The notes below the pieces were generated by a model. That model was not told where the DNA came from and searched no databases. It saw only the letters and a list, made by a program, of their open reading frames with translations. This document shows, one piece after another, positions 1 to 10,304 of a stretch of 64,000 bases of DNA. Position 1 is the stretch's first letter. Every line of letters begins with the position of its first letter. A program made the position numbers and the translations under genes. The DNA is from Candidatus Obscuribacterales bacterium (GTDB taxonomy: Bacteria; Cyanobacteriota; Vampirovibrionia; Obscuribacterales; Obscuribacteraceae): positions 1,888,001-1,952,000 of the forward strand of contig CBDDIJ010000003.1 in NCBI GenBank assembly GCA_965228855.1. Reading direction: 5' to 3'.

Positions 1-368
1 TCATCTCCGGTCGTGCAAAAGACATGATCATCGTCGCGGGCAACAAAGTATTTCCCGGCGAAGTGGAAGGCGTACTGCTTAAGAGTAGACTCGTCAAAGA
101 AGCAGCGGTCACGGGCAAAGAGCACAGCCGTCTCGGTCAGATAGTCAAAGCCACGCTCGTGATCTCAGACGATCGTCTGAGCAAATTCCTTGAGAGTCAT
201 GATGAACAGGAGCGCAAAATCGCGCGCGAAGAAATTCTCAAAGAGTTGAAAGCGCATTGCGCCGAGAATCTGAAACGCGAATTACGCCCAATGGAATGGG
301 TCCTGCGCCCGGCTTCCGAGCCGCTCCCCAAGACCCGCGCCGGCAAAGTCGATAAAAAGCTCTTATAG
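1..368 (+). CDS. AMP-dependent acyl-CoA synthetase/ligase, C-terminal part (5' end outside window)
   Basis: Frame is open from the window edge (ISGRAKDMIIVAGNKVFPGEVEGVL) and ends with the A10 motif LPKTRAGKVDKKLL of adenylate-forming enzymes. Confidence 0.85.
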   Translation, partial: ISGRAKDMIIVAGNKVFPGEVEGVLLKSRLVKEAAVTGKEHSRLGQIVKATLVISDDRLSKFLESHDEQERKIAREEILKELKAHCAENLKRELRPMEWVLRPASEPLPKTRAGKVDKKLL

Positions 369-997
369 CACACCGCCACCATGGACAGTGCGCAAATAAG
401 AGCTTATCCAGCTATACCAGGGAAGCGCGCCGGAACCGTCTGCAAGTACCGAAGCCGTCCCTGTCTAGATTACCGCAACATAGCTGCGATTATCGCTGCA
501 AAAATTGTCAGAATTAGCATGCTGACAATAAGCAACTGAAATGCAATAATGGATCTCATCTAAAGAGCGTCCTTATTTTTTGAGCAATCTCAAGAGCCGT
601 TGTTCGAGCAACGACTCTTTTTGATTCAGGGCGTCCGGCCAATCGGCTTTGTAGATAAGCCGCCCGCCCCTGTAAGTTCCTTTTCGAGAAGGCTTTTCTA
701 CGCCTACTTTGAAGTAGTTCATCCCAAACACCTAAAACAGAACCTCGGGCAATGCAGACGATTGATCCGAGGCTCACCCAGGTGGTTTGTTTTTGCTTTC
801 CGTCTTGCACTGACTTTAAAACACACGAATTACTCTTCATAGATTAATTCTACAGTTTGTGAACAATTAAATCAATAATCCCTAAAGGCCCGCATAGAGA
901 CCCTCTTGACAGATTCACCCTTTCTTGAACGGTTGAGAACTTATTTAATTTTGCTAATTTATAGACAGCCCGCAATTACTTGCGACCACCTCCCCCC

Positions 998-1079
998 TTT
1001 TAACACAACCACTGCGTGTATGCACACTTTGAAATCCAGCCAAAACTGGTTGTACGGTTGTGATAAAATCAACGTACAA
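998..1079. promoter_or_regulatory. Putative promoter/operator of the HTH-nuclease-STAND gene
   Basis: Extended -10 TGATAAAAT at 1061-1069, flanked by the perfect inverted repeat TTGTACG (1050-1056)-N16-CGTACAA (1073-1079). A second inverted pair TTTTAACACAACC (998-1010) / GGTTGTGATAAAA (1056-1068) matches at 12/13. Confidence 0.45.
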
Positions 1080-1093
1080 GGAAGTGCACTATC

Positions 1094-4000
1094 TTGCGCA
1101 AATACAAAGAACTAGGCAATTTAATTGCGCAACTAAGGATTCGCGCCGGATATGCTCAGCAGTCAGATTTGGCGGCAATCATGAACCTGTCTCAACAGAC
1201 TGTTAGTCGTTGGGAACTCGGCGATACGCGACCTCAGCGCCAGCATCTGACATCACTAGCAAAAATTCTCAGGATAGACGAAAGTAAACTGGTTGGCGAA
1301 GCAGGATACGGCGCGGAAAACAGCCCATCAATCGCACTAGCGTCTTTTGACAATCTATTTCCAATTGATTCTCTGACCCCGGAAACTTTCGAGCGTTTCT
1401 GTCTCTATTTTTTGCAGGAGCTTTACCCTCAAGTCGCCTTTGAGAGAATGGGCAAAAGTGGCCACAGACAGGATGGCATTGACGTCTATGGACAATTCGA
1501 GGATGGCTCAAGATGGACTTTTCAGTGTAAACGCGTTGAGAAATTTGGTGCAGCGACAATCAAAAAAGTGGTTGAAGCACACAAGATGCATTCAAAACTG
1601 AACGTGCTGCTCCTGAGCAGAATAGCAAGCCCCGCTGCCCGCGAAGCGTTATCAAAGCACGCGAACTGGGAGCTCTGGGACAAAGAAAACATTACTTACA
1701 AGATTCGGCATAACCTTTCCAAACAGCAACAGTCTCGGCTTATTGACACCTTTTTCAAAGGTCAGCACATAGCTCTACTCGGGGAGCCCTACGATTCTGT
1801 CTGGCAATCAACTGAAGACTTCTATGCCCCATACGAGGACTTGAGGTCATCATTTAACCATTCATGGGAGCTAGTAGGAAGGAAAAACGATCTGGACAAG
1901 CTTCTCAACGCATTAGCACCAGAGAGAGCACCAAAGGTCATCTTGCTATCCGGCGCCGGTGGCGTCGGGAAAACTCGATTGATGAAGGAACTTGCAACAG
2001 AAATTGGAATCAAGTATCCGTCTTCGCAAATCTATTTTCTGTCAGTGTCAGAGGAGGCTAGCAGCTCTGATTTAATTACTTTGGGCGACGGAAGAAAAAT
2101 CATTTTTGTCGATGACGCTCACGACCATGAACTAACAGCCCTTTTTCACTTCGCCGCGACTTCATTAAACACGACCCTTCTCCTCTCTTGTCGCCCGTAC
2201 GCGTTGGACTCCGTTAGAGCGAAGTCCGCAGCCGCAGGTATATCTCATGAACTCATTTATGAGCATCAACTACAGCTTCTCGAATTGGAGAGTGCCGCCA
2301 AGTTATCGAAACAAGTTCTCCTCCTTCATAGCGGTCCTGTACATGCAGCCGATTCGATAGCTAGTCACACCATCGACTGCTCTTTAGCCACAGTATTAGC
2401 ATCATATGTGGTGGCAAAGGACATGCTACCGTTGGAACTCGTCAAGAACACGCGCCTCTTTCGCGACACAATGCGAGGCAAATTTATGTCCTCGCTCACC
2501 GGTGACGTAGGAACGAAAAGCGATGCACCGCTCATCAAAAAGCTTTTGACGGTCTTCGCACTAATTCAACCATTCGACGCGGGCGATGACTCTATCTCTG
2601 CACTGGTTGAAGAAGTTGAACGCATACCCATTCCCGACATTAACAGACTCACCCGAATCCTTATCACCTCTGGTTTGCTTCATAAACGAGGTAGGCAATA
2701 CCGACTCTCACCTGAGATGATTGCTGATTTTCTCATTGAAGAATCATGTGTGGGAGTCAATGGCGTCTCGACAGGATACGCGGAAAGGGTCTTTGACGCA
2801 GCAACCCGAGATTCGATTCTCGAAAACCTACTCTTTAACGTAGGGAAGCTGGACTGGAGAATGACCGACGGAAATACCTCGGACAGCAGGCTGCTAGATT
2901 ATCTATGGAAGAGATTGACTTCAAAGTATTCAGAGCCTCCGGTACGGGCGGTTACTACAGTCGCATTTTTCCAACCCCACAGAGCCGTCGAATTTGGAGA
3001 AAGTCTTCTCCGTCGCAAACGCTGTATTGAACAACTTCCCGCGTTATTTAGAAACGTAGGGCTAAACGTAAAATATCTGAGACGAGCATGCGAAGCGTTA
3101 TGGGAGATTGGAAAGAATGATGCTAGGGAGCTCAATCCACATCCGAACCATGCGATCAGAATTCTATCCGACTTAGCTTCAATTCAGTATTCATCAGACT
3201 TAAGGCTCACGAAATCGTTGGAATCAAACAGTATTGTCATAGATTTCGCTTTAGAGCTAATAGGTTCAGATTCGGCATTCGATGGTGAGTACACTCCATT
3301 CGATATTCTCCTTGGAGTGCTCAAAACAGAGGGAAGGTTCGCCACCAGCGATGGTGCCACTTGGGCGCTGACGCAATACACGGTAAATCCAACTCACACC
3401 ATCCTCTCTCTGAGAGACAAAGCCATTGACGCCGCGTTGGCGACACTTTCAGCCAGAAACTCGAAAAAAGCAATGTGTGCAGCTCGTTTTCTGCGTCACT
3501 CATTTAGACGTCCCGTTAATGGCGATTATTCTGAAGAGTGGAACCGCGATTTCGTCCGTACCTTGAACAAAATCAGCGAAGCCGTTAGTGCGAAAGTCCC
3601 CAGCCCCCAAGTATTCACTGAACTTTTGAACTCAGTACGCTGGTTCAGAGTTCACGGAAATCCTGAGCAGAAGGCGAGGGTAGAGAGTATCCACTCACTC
3701 TTTCCGGAAGCTTTGGATTATCGATGCGCGCGAGCCTTACTTTCTGGTTCAGACAACCTATTTGAAAGAAAGCAGGATGGAAACTACGGCTTGAGCTGCG
3801 GCACCCTTGCGCTTGTCGAAACGTTAAAGACTGAGTTTCCAGATGGCAATGAATTGAGAGAATTTTTGAGCGAGCAGATGAATCAGATTCGCAGAGCGCT
3901 CCCGACGAGGAGCAGCAGCGATCAGTTTTCCTTCGTTTCATCCGTCCTCAGTCGATCTGAAGGACTGGTCCGCGCCACACTAGAACATGCTCAAAGAAAT

Positions 4001-5119
4001 CATGACTTCTTCACTGAGCAGTTTGCGGGAGGGGCCTTGGCGCAGATGTTCGAGTTTGATCAAAACGCATTTCTGATTGCAAAAGCATTTGTGGAATCTG
4101 GTCGGAAAGATCTTATGTGCGCCGTGGGAGAAGCGTACACCTGGTCCAGAAACAAACGAGAGTTAGACATCCAGGATTTAGACCTATTGAAGACCCTACT
4201 TGAGACGAATGACAAAACCGTTGTTGGTACTGTTCTGAGCTGCATGCGTATGCGTGCCTTGAGTGGCGATCGAGTAGTCATCGACTTAGCCAAACATGTT
4301 GATATGAAAGAAATCGGAGATTTAGCAGCTAACTTGTTCGAAATCCTCGCAGACGAAAAGATCCTAACAAAATTCACCCCAGATGACTGCGATTACTTTC
4401 TAGAGGCCCTCTTAGAGGTTCCCGAGTTGAACAGTTATGGCGTCGAGCTGTTTTTATCATTCTTCTCTCAGCACGAAGCAGGGCGAGTTGCCAACTTCTT
4501 TATGGCTCGCGTAAACCGAGCTGTAACGGCTGAGGATTGGAACTACGACACTTGTTTCAATCCATTTACGGACAATGTGCAATTACACTTTCGCAAATCA
4601 GAAGACTTCTCTACGATAGTCCAAAAAGTTTTTGATTGGATCAAAAGCAGCCAAAATTCGATGTTCCAGTATAAGTCCGCTCAGCTTTTTGGAATGATGT
4701 TCAAACCGTTTGACGACGAGTTAGTACACTTTCTAAGTCAATGGACACTGACCAGCAAACCAGCAGATTTTCACCTTTTAGCTCAGATTCTCGCTGAAGC
4801 ACCGCGGCGGTTCGTGTTAGACAACGTGGATTTTGTAATTCAGTTTCTGGACAAGGCAAGCAGCTACGGGGAAAGTGTGGAAAAGATTGCTTTTCGATCT
4901 TTGTTTAAGTCGGCAATGAGTGGTCTTAAATCTGGAAAACTTGGAGAACCCTTTTCCAGTGACATAGAGCTGCATGTCAAAACGCAGTCTATTAGACAGC
5001 AAATTCCTAGATTCTCTTCGGCATACGAATTCTATGGCGATTTGCATAACTATGCAGCCAACGAAATCCAATCAAGTTGGAATAGAATTGACAATATCGT
5101 TTCCAGCCGAACCGACTAG
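1094..5119 (+). CDS. XRE-HTH + Mrr-like PD-(D/E)xK nuclease + STAND-type P-loop NTPase + long helical C-terminal region (putative Avs-like antiviral protein)
   Basis: N-terminal HTH (QSDLAAIMNLSQQTVSRWELG); Mrr-like motifs FERFC...QDGIDV...FQCKR; Walker A GAGGVGKT; Walker B IIFVDDAH; ~800-aa helical tail; TTG start. Confidence 0.8.
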   Translation: MRKYKELGNLIAQLRIRAGYAQQSDLAAIMNLSQQTVSRWELGDTRPQRQHLTSLAKILRIDESKLVGEAGYGAENSPSIALASFDNLFPIDSLTPETFERFCLYFLQELYPQVAFERMGKSGHRQDGIDVYGQFEDGSRWTFQCKRVEKFGAATIKKVVEAHKMHSKLNVLLLSRIASPAAREALSKHANWELWDKENITYKIRHNLSKQQQSRLIDTFFKGQHIALLGEPYDSVWQSTEDFYAPYEDLRSSFNHSWELVGRKNDLDKLLNALAPERAPKVILLSGAGGVGKTRLMKELATEIGIKYPSSQIYFLSVSEEASSSDLITLGDGRKIIFVDDAHDHELTALFHFAATSLNTTLLLSCRPYALDSVRAKSAAAGISHELIYEHQLQLLELESAAKLSKQVLLLHSGPVHAADSIASHTIDCSLATVLASYVVAKDMLPLELVKNTRLFRDTMRGKFMSSLTGDVGTKSDAPLIKKLLTVFALIQPFDAGDDSISALVEEVERIPIPDINRLTRILITSGLLHKRGRQYRLSPEMIADFLIEESCVGVNGVSTGYAERVFDAATRDSILENLLFNVGKLDWRMTDGNTSDSRLLDYLWKRLTSKYSEPPVRAVTTVAFFQPHRAVEFGESLLRRKRCIEQLPALFRNVGLNVKYLRRACEALWEIGKNDARELNPHPNHAIRILSDLASIQYSSDLRLTKSLESNSIVIDFALELIGSDSAFDGEYTPFDILLGVLKTEGRFATSDGATWALTQYTVNPTHTILSLRDKAIDAALATLSARNSKKAMCAARFLRHSFRRPVNGDYSEEWNRDFVRTLNKISEAVSAKVPSPQVFTELLNSVRWFRVHGNPEQKARVESIHSLFPEALDYRCARALLSGSDNLFERKQDGNYGLSCGTLALVETLKTEFPDGNELREFLSEQMNQIRRALPTRSSSDQFSFVSSVLSRSEGLVRATLEHAQRNHDFFTEQFAGGALAQMFEFDQNAFLIAKAFVESGRKDLMCAVGEAYTWSRNKRELDIQDLDLLKTLLETNDKTVVGTVLSCMRMRALSGDRVVIDLAKHVDMKEIGDLAANLFEILADEKILTKFTPDDCDYFLEALLEVPELNSYGVELFLSFFSQHEAGRVANFFMARVNRAVTAEDWNYDTCFNPFTDNVQLHFRKSEDFSTIVQKVFDWIKSSQNSMFQYKSAQLFGMMFKPFDDELVHFLSQWTLTSKPADFHLLAQILAEAPRRFVLDNVDFVIQFLDKASSYGESVEKIAFRSLFKSAMSGLKSGKLGEPFSSDIELHVKTQSIRQQIPRFSSAYEFYGDLHNYAANEIQSSWNRIDNIVSSRTD

Positions 5120-6744
5120 AGAACAGCGTTCTCGCGGTAGGCGCCCCAGACGTCGCGCAGTGCGTTGCAGATTTCTCCGACGGTTGCATATGCTTCGACG
5201 CATTCGAGCAAATAGGGGAAGGTGTTCTTTCCTTCTTTGCCGGCGACCTTGAGTGCTTCCAGCGTGTTGGCGACCTTTTCGTTGTCGCGACGCGCTTTCA
5301 GTTCTTTCAGCCTCTTGGTTTGACGCTCTTCGTATTCTGAACCGATCTTCAAGATCTCAATTTGAGATCCGGGCGCCTCTTCTTTGAAGGAGGTCAAGCC
5401 GATGAAGTGACGATCTCCGGACATCATCTTGCGCTCGAAGGCATAGGCTGAATCGGCGATTTCTTTCATGAAGAAACCTTTTTCGATACCAGCGATGACA
5501 CCACCGATTTCTTCGATTTTCTTGAAGTATTCGTTCGCCTGACGTTCCAGTTCATCCGTGAGCCACTCGACGTAATATGAGCCGGCAAGCGGATCGGCGA
5601 CGTTGGCCACGCCCGTTTCGTAAGCAATGATTTGTTGAGTTCTCAATGCAACGTGCGCTGCTTTTTGAGTAGGCAATCCGAGAACTTCGTCCATCGAATT
5701 CGTATGCAGCGATTGTGTTCCACCGATTACACCGGCAAGGGCTTCGATAGCCGTTCTTACAATGTTGTTCTCAGGTTGCGGTGCGGTCAAGCTGCATCCG
5801 GCGGTTTGAGTATGGAAACGCAGCTTCCAGGATCGTTCGCTTTTTGCGCCGTAGTGATCGCGCATACGTTTCGCCCAGATGCGGCGTGCGGCACGATACT
5901 TGGCGATTTCTTCGAAGAAGTCGATGTGAGCGTTGAAGAAGAAAGATAGACGCGGTACGAAATCGTCTACATTGAGACCAGCTTCGATACCGGCATCGAC
6001 GTATGCGAAACCATCTGCAAGGGTGAAAGCCAGTTCTTGTGCGGCTGTCGCGCCGGCTTCACGGATGTGGTATCCGCTGATGGAGATCGTGTTCCAGCGC
6101 GGGACGTTTTCCGTACAGAAAACCATCATGTCTTGAATCAGTTTCAAAGCCGGTCTCGGCGGGATCAAGTAAGTTTTTTGAGCAATGTACTCTTTGAAGA
6201 TGTCGTTCTGCAGAGTGCCATCGAGCTTCTTCCAGTCGAATCCGCGCTTCTTGGCGTTCGCGAGGAACATGCAATAGATGATTGGCGCAGGACCGTTAAT
6301 GGTCATAGAGGTCGAAACTTTGTCGAGCGGCAGATCCTTGTATAGGATTTCGATGTCTTCGAGCGAGTCGATAGCAACGCCGCAGACGCCGACCTCACCG
6401 TGCGACTTCGGGTCATCGGAGTCATAGCCCATGAGGGTCGGGAGATCGAACGCGGTCGATAAGCCCGTTTGTCCTTGAGCCAATAGATATTTGAAGCGCT
6501 CATTGGTTTCTTCCGGACCGCCAAAACCTGCAAATTGGCGCATCGTCCAGAGCTTTCCGCGATACATTGTTTCATGAATACCGCGTGTGTAAGGGAATTG
6601 ACCCGGATCGGCAAGGTCTTTGTCGTAGTCGAGGTCCTTGATGTCTTCCTTGGTGTAGACGGGTTTCAAGGGAATACCGGAGAGCGTTTCATGCACCTTC
6701 TCGGATTTTTCCTTCGCTTTTGGCTTGGCTAATTCCTTGACCAT
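5116..6744 (-). CDS. icmA: B12-dependent acyl-CoA mutase, large (substrate-binding) subunit; isobutyryl-CoA mutase-type signature
   Basis: MCM-family motifs PYTRG, WTMRQFAGF, ISISGYHIREAG, HTQTAG, SLHTN; no cobalamin-binding domain; F71 and Q189 at the positions of MCM Y89/R207. Confidence 0.8.
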   Translation of the reverse strand: MVKELAKPKAKEKSEKVHETLSGIPLKPVYTKEDIKDLDYDKDLADPGQFPYTRGIHETMYRGKLWTMRQFAGFGGPEETNERFKYLLAQGQTGLSTAFDLPTLMGYDSDDPKSHGEVGVCGVAIDSLEDIEILYKDLPLDKVSTSMTINGPAPIIYCMFLANAKKRGFDWKKLDGTLQNDIFKEYIAQKTYLIPPRPALKLIQDMMVFCTENVPRWNTISISGYHIREAGATAAQELAFTLADGFAYVDAGIEAGLNVDDFVPRLSFFFNAHIDFFEEIAKYRAARRIWAKRMRDHYGAKSERSWKLRFHTQTAGCSLTAPQPENNIVRTAIEALAGVIGGTQSLHTNSMDEVLGLPTQKAAHVALRTQQIIAYETGVANVADPLAGSYYVEWLTDELERQANEYFKKIEEIGGVIAGIEKGFFMKEIADSAYAFERKMMSGDRHFIGLTSFKEEAPGSQIEILKIGSEYEERQTKRLKELKARRDNEKVANTLEALKVAGKEGKNTFPYLLECVEAYATVGEICNALRDVWGAYRENAVL

Positions 6745-6907
6745 CGTTAACTCCCTTTTGATTCCGGGGGTGGCTGCGCCACGCCCAGATGATTAGCGAA
6801 CAGTTTAGATTACGAGGATCGCCTGCGCGATCAGATATGATCATCCATTACTTTTAAGAGTAATAGGTCTTTGTACTGAAATTATTTCATTATCGAGGAG
6901 CATTGTC

Positions 6908-8638
6908 ATGACTACAACGACAGGGACGAAGAATGCCGCTCAATTGGTCAAGGATATCTTGAGCAGCAAGGCGCCCATCACAGTCAAGGCACCGACAGGC
7001 ACTGAACTGGTCACGAAAGGCTGGATTCAGGAAGCGGCGCTTCGGATGCTGCTCAATAACCTGGACCCGGACGTGGCTGAACGTCCACAGGACCTGGTCG
7101 TCTACGGCGGCTCCGGTAAGGCTGCGCGGGATTGGGATTCACTAAAAGCGATCGTCAAATCACTTGTCAACCTCGAGAACGACGAGACATTACTGGTTCA
7201 ATCCGGCAAGCCGGTAGGCATCTTTAAAAGTCACGAAGACGCGCCTCGTGTTCTAATCGCTAATTCCAACCTGGTCGGGAAATGGGCGACTTGGGAGCAC
7301 TTCCGCGAACTCGAGCAAAAAGGCTTGATTATGTTCGGACAGATGACCGCTGGAAGCTGGATTTACATCGGCACCCAGGGCATCCTCCAGGGCACTTATG
7401 AAACTTTCGCTGCTCTGGCTCGCAAGAATTTCGGCGGCAGCCTAAAGGGCCGCATCGTTGTCACGGCAGGTCTTGGTGGTATGGGCGGTGCCCAACCTCT
7501 GGCTGTGACGATGAACGAGGGTATCGCCATTTGCATCGAGGTAGACCCCGAGCGTATCAAACGCAGACTTGAAACTAAATACCTCGACGTCGAAGCTGAC
7601 AATATGGAACATGCCATCAAACTGGCAAATGAAGCAAAGGCTGAAGGCAAGCCTCTATCCATCGGCGTCCTCGGCAATGCCGCCGACCTGCTTCCTAAAC
7701 TGGTCAAGATGGGCTTCACGCCGGACGCACTCACGGATCAAACATCTGCGCACGATCCTTTGAACGGATACGTTCCGCTCACTACGGATGGCGTGCCCAT
7801 GAGCCTCGCCGAGGCGGACAAGTTGCGCAAGGAAAACCCGGAGAAATACCTGGAGCTGTCGACGAGCGCGATCGCCAGACACGTGGAAGCTATGCTCGAC
7901 CTGCAGAAAGCAGGCGCCATCACCTTCGACTACGGCAACAACATCAGACAGGTTGCTTACGACAAGGGTGTGAAGAACGCATTCGATTTCCCCGGCTTCG
8001 TCCCCGCCTACATCAGACCCCTGTTCTGCGAAGGCAAAGGTCCGTTCCGCTGGGCAGCTCTGTCCGGCGACCCGGCAGATATCGACGTGATCGATAAAGC
8101 GATTCTGGAAAACTTCGGTCACGATGAAGGACTGAAACGCTGGATCGAAATGGCTTCGAAGAAGGTTAAATTCCAGGGCTTGCCGTGCCGTATCTGCTGG
8201 CTCGGCTACGGAGACCGAGCCAAAATGGGCTTGATTATGAACGACCTGGTTCGGAATAAGAAAGTTAAGGCGCCAATCGTGATCGGAAGAGACCACCTCG
8301 ACGCCGGTTCCGTAGCATCGCCTAACCGCGAGACCGAAGGCATGAAAGATGGCTCCGATGCAATCGCTGATTGGGTTTATCTCAACGCTATGATTAACGC
8401 GGTGGGCGGCGCCAGCTGGGTCTCGCTCCACCACGGCGGCGGTGTGGGCATCGGCTACTCTCTCCACTCAGGTCAGGTGATAGTTGCAGACGGCACAGAC
8501 GCCGCAGCGGCGCGCTTGCAACGAGTTCTTACGACCGATCCGGGCATGGGGGTTATCCGCCACGTCGATGCAGGGTATGATGAAGCTACCGAGTGCGCCA
8601 AGCGCACCGGCGTTCGGATTCCGATGTGGGAAATCTAG
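6908..8638 (+). CDS. hutU: Urocanate hydratase
   Basis: [66 protein letters not shown]. Confidence 0.97.
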   Translation: MTTTTGTKNAAQLVKDILSSKAPITVKAPTGTELVTKGWIQEAALRMLLNNLDPDVAERPQDLVVYGGSGKAARDWDSLKAIVKSLVNLENDETLLVQSGKPVGIFKSHEDAPRVLIANSNLVGKWATWEHFRELEQKGLIMFGQMTAGSWIYIGTQGILQGTYETFAALARKNFGGSLKGRIVVTAGLGGMGGAQPLAVTMNEGIAICIEVDPERIKRRLETKYLDVEADNMEHAIKLANEAKAEGKPLSIGVLGNAADLLPKLVKMGFTPDALTDQTSAHDPLNGYVPLTTDGVPMSLAEADKLRKENPEKYLELSTSAIARHVEAMLDLQKAGAITFDYGNNIRQVAYDKGVKNAFDFPGFVPAYIRPLFCEGKGPFRWAALSGDPADIDVIDKAILENFGHDEGLKRWIEMASKKVKFQGLPCRICWLGYGDRAKMGLIMNDLVRNKKVKAPIVIGRDHLDAGSVASPNRETEGMKDGSDAIADWVYLNAMINAVGGASWVSLHHGGGVGIGYSLHSGQVIVADGTDAAAARLQRVLTTDPGMGVIRHVDAGYDEATECAKRTGVRIPMWEI

Positions 8639-8858
8639 TTCGCTGCAACTGGAACTAAAACGGACTTCGAAAACTATCGAATAGATGGTCCTGGACTGTG
8701 CTCGTTTTTTTTTCTGAACGTCAGTCGCTGTGCGAATCAAACTCAACCTCAAACTTCAGTTTCGCAAGGCAACTCAGTTTCAGACTCGAAGTAAACTTGA
8801 ACTATTGAATCTAACTTCACTCCTGGAAGTTAAAAACACTGCTTAATAGGAATTCCCG

Positions 8859-9809
8859 ATGTATAAACGACTTAGCGCATTGTTTCTTTCAGGTCTAGTC
8901 ACCGTAGCTGGTGCTTCACTCTTTTCGCTTTTCAATGCCGGCACCGCATATGGCACCACGCTTTATGCCGGCATCGAGCATGCTGACTATCTCCAACCTG
9001 TTGAAGACCAACACGCAGAAACGATGAATCAGCACTATCAATCGCAAGCGTCTCAGTACAATTTGCGGGCGCAACAGCAACAAGCACCGCAGCCTCAGTT
9101 CGAGACACCACAGGAAGGACACTACGATCAATATCACGCAGTGCCGCGGCTGACCGGTGACGCTAAATATGTTCAGAACGTTGGACCGACCGTTGAGTGG
9201 TTCATGATTCCGAAGTGGATGGCCGGCGCCTGGCAAAAGCAAGGTGACTTGACCGTCAGCTATCGAGATCTGCGCACCGGCAGATTCACCAGCATGTCAG
9301 CCTGGACACCGAATGCCATGAAAACTACCTGGGGACACCAGGTCGACCGCATGGGCAACGTCTGGCACGCCGATATCCTTCCGCTGGAAAAGGACGGCTG
9401 GTCAAAGGGAAAGCTGGCAAGGTTCATGATGACGAATTTGAACTGCGAACATTCCGATCAACGACAACTTGTGACCAGAGCCCGCTACGTTGTAACGGAA
9501 ACCTACGGCGGAACCGCTCAAGTCGCGGATCTTTTTCAGCAAGAGTCACTCAACGATTACACGTTCATGGCCGACGGCGAACTAGAGAATATGTCCTCAA
9601 ACCGCATCTATTCATCTCAGGGACAGCCGCTTCGCGAAGGTGCGCTGGTCAGCAAACTTCAGAAGGTTGGTCAGTTCGAGCCCGTTCGCTATCAAAACAG
9701 CATCGACCTTGCTCAGTCTTTGAACACCTATCTAAACACTCATGGTCTGCAGCACCTGGCCGTCTCACCTCAGACGAGCAGCCTGCAGCAAACCAATGAC
9801 CTGGACTGA
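8859..9809 (+). CDS. Secreted hypothetical protein
   Basis: 316-aa ORF with N-terminal signal peptide, Q-rich linker and globular C-terminal domain; no family recognised. Confidence 0.75.
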   Translation: MYKRLSALFLSGLVTVAGASLFSLFNAGTAYGTTLYAGIEHADYLQPVEDQHAETMNQHYQSQASQYNLRAQQQQAPQPQFETPQEGHYDQYHAVPRLTGDAKYVQNVGPTVEWFMIPKWMAGAWQKQGDLTVSYRDLRTGRFTSMSAWTPNAMKTTWGHQVDRMGNVWHADILPLEKDGWSKGKLARFMMTNLNCEHSDQRQLVTRARYVVTETYGGTAQVADLFQQESLNDYTFMADGELENMSSNRIYSSQGQPLREGALVSKLQKVGQFEPVRYQNSIDLAQSLNTYLNTHGLQHLAVSPQTSSLQQTNDLD

Positions 9810-10304
9810 AAGAACAATTGAGCGGTTCGGCCGACTTCATGAGACTGCGCCGGGCACGGGCGATTTTCTTCGACTAAATCGAGAGCGAACGTACTCGAAA
9901 TTGGTCCCTTTGGTCTTCCTTGAATCAGAGCAAGAGGTCCGGATGAGGCGAGACAATTTTAATTTTACGGAGTTATTTGGCGCCCTTTCGGTGCAAGACC
10001 TTCGACAGACAAGCGCTATAGCAATCAGAAGTAATGATACAAGCGCCTGACATCACTTTCCTTAAGGTTACGGAACAGTCCAGGTGATATTCTTTTCCTG
10101 CGCGTTCGGGTCGGTTTAAGACCTCAGCGACTCCTCCACTAGGGCGAGTCGACGAAAAGGTTTTCGGATACGTCTGGCAGCCGAAATGTCCAGACACTCT
10201 AGAAAAGCTTGCTCCATATAACATGCTGGTAGCCCTGCTGCAGTTGCAGCCGAGCTTCGTCATGGCGCGCCTATCGATGGTGTTTTAATTTCAGGAGCTT
10301 TTAT

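Noticed and set aside
556..842. Overlapping small ORFs upstream of the STAND gene
   Set aside because: No recognisable motifs or RBS; they may be a remnant but cannot be supported as genes.
7655..8467. Long antisense ORFs (also 48855..49604, 16855..17436, 14396..14947)
   Set aside because: These are shadow frames opposite well-supported genes, with no motifs or RBS.
9810..10304. Riboswitch or ncRNA in the long leader of the beta-helical protein gene
   Set aside because: Only a short hairpin (GTCTGG...CCAGAC) is visible, with no convincing match to c-di-GMP or other aptamer consensus.
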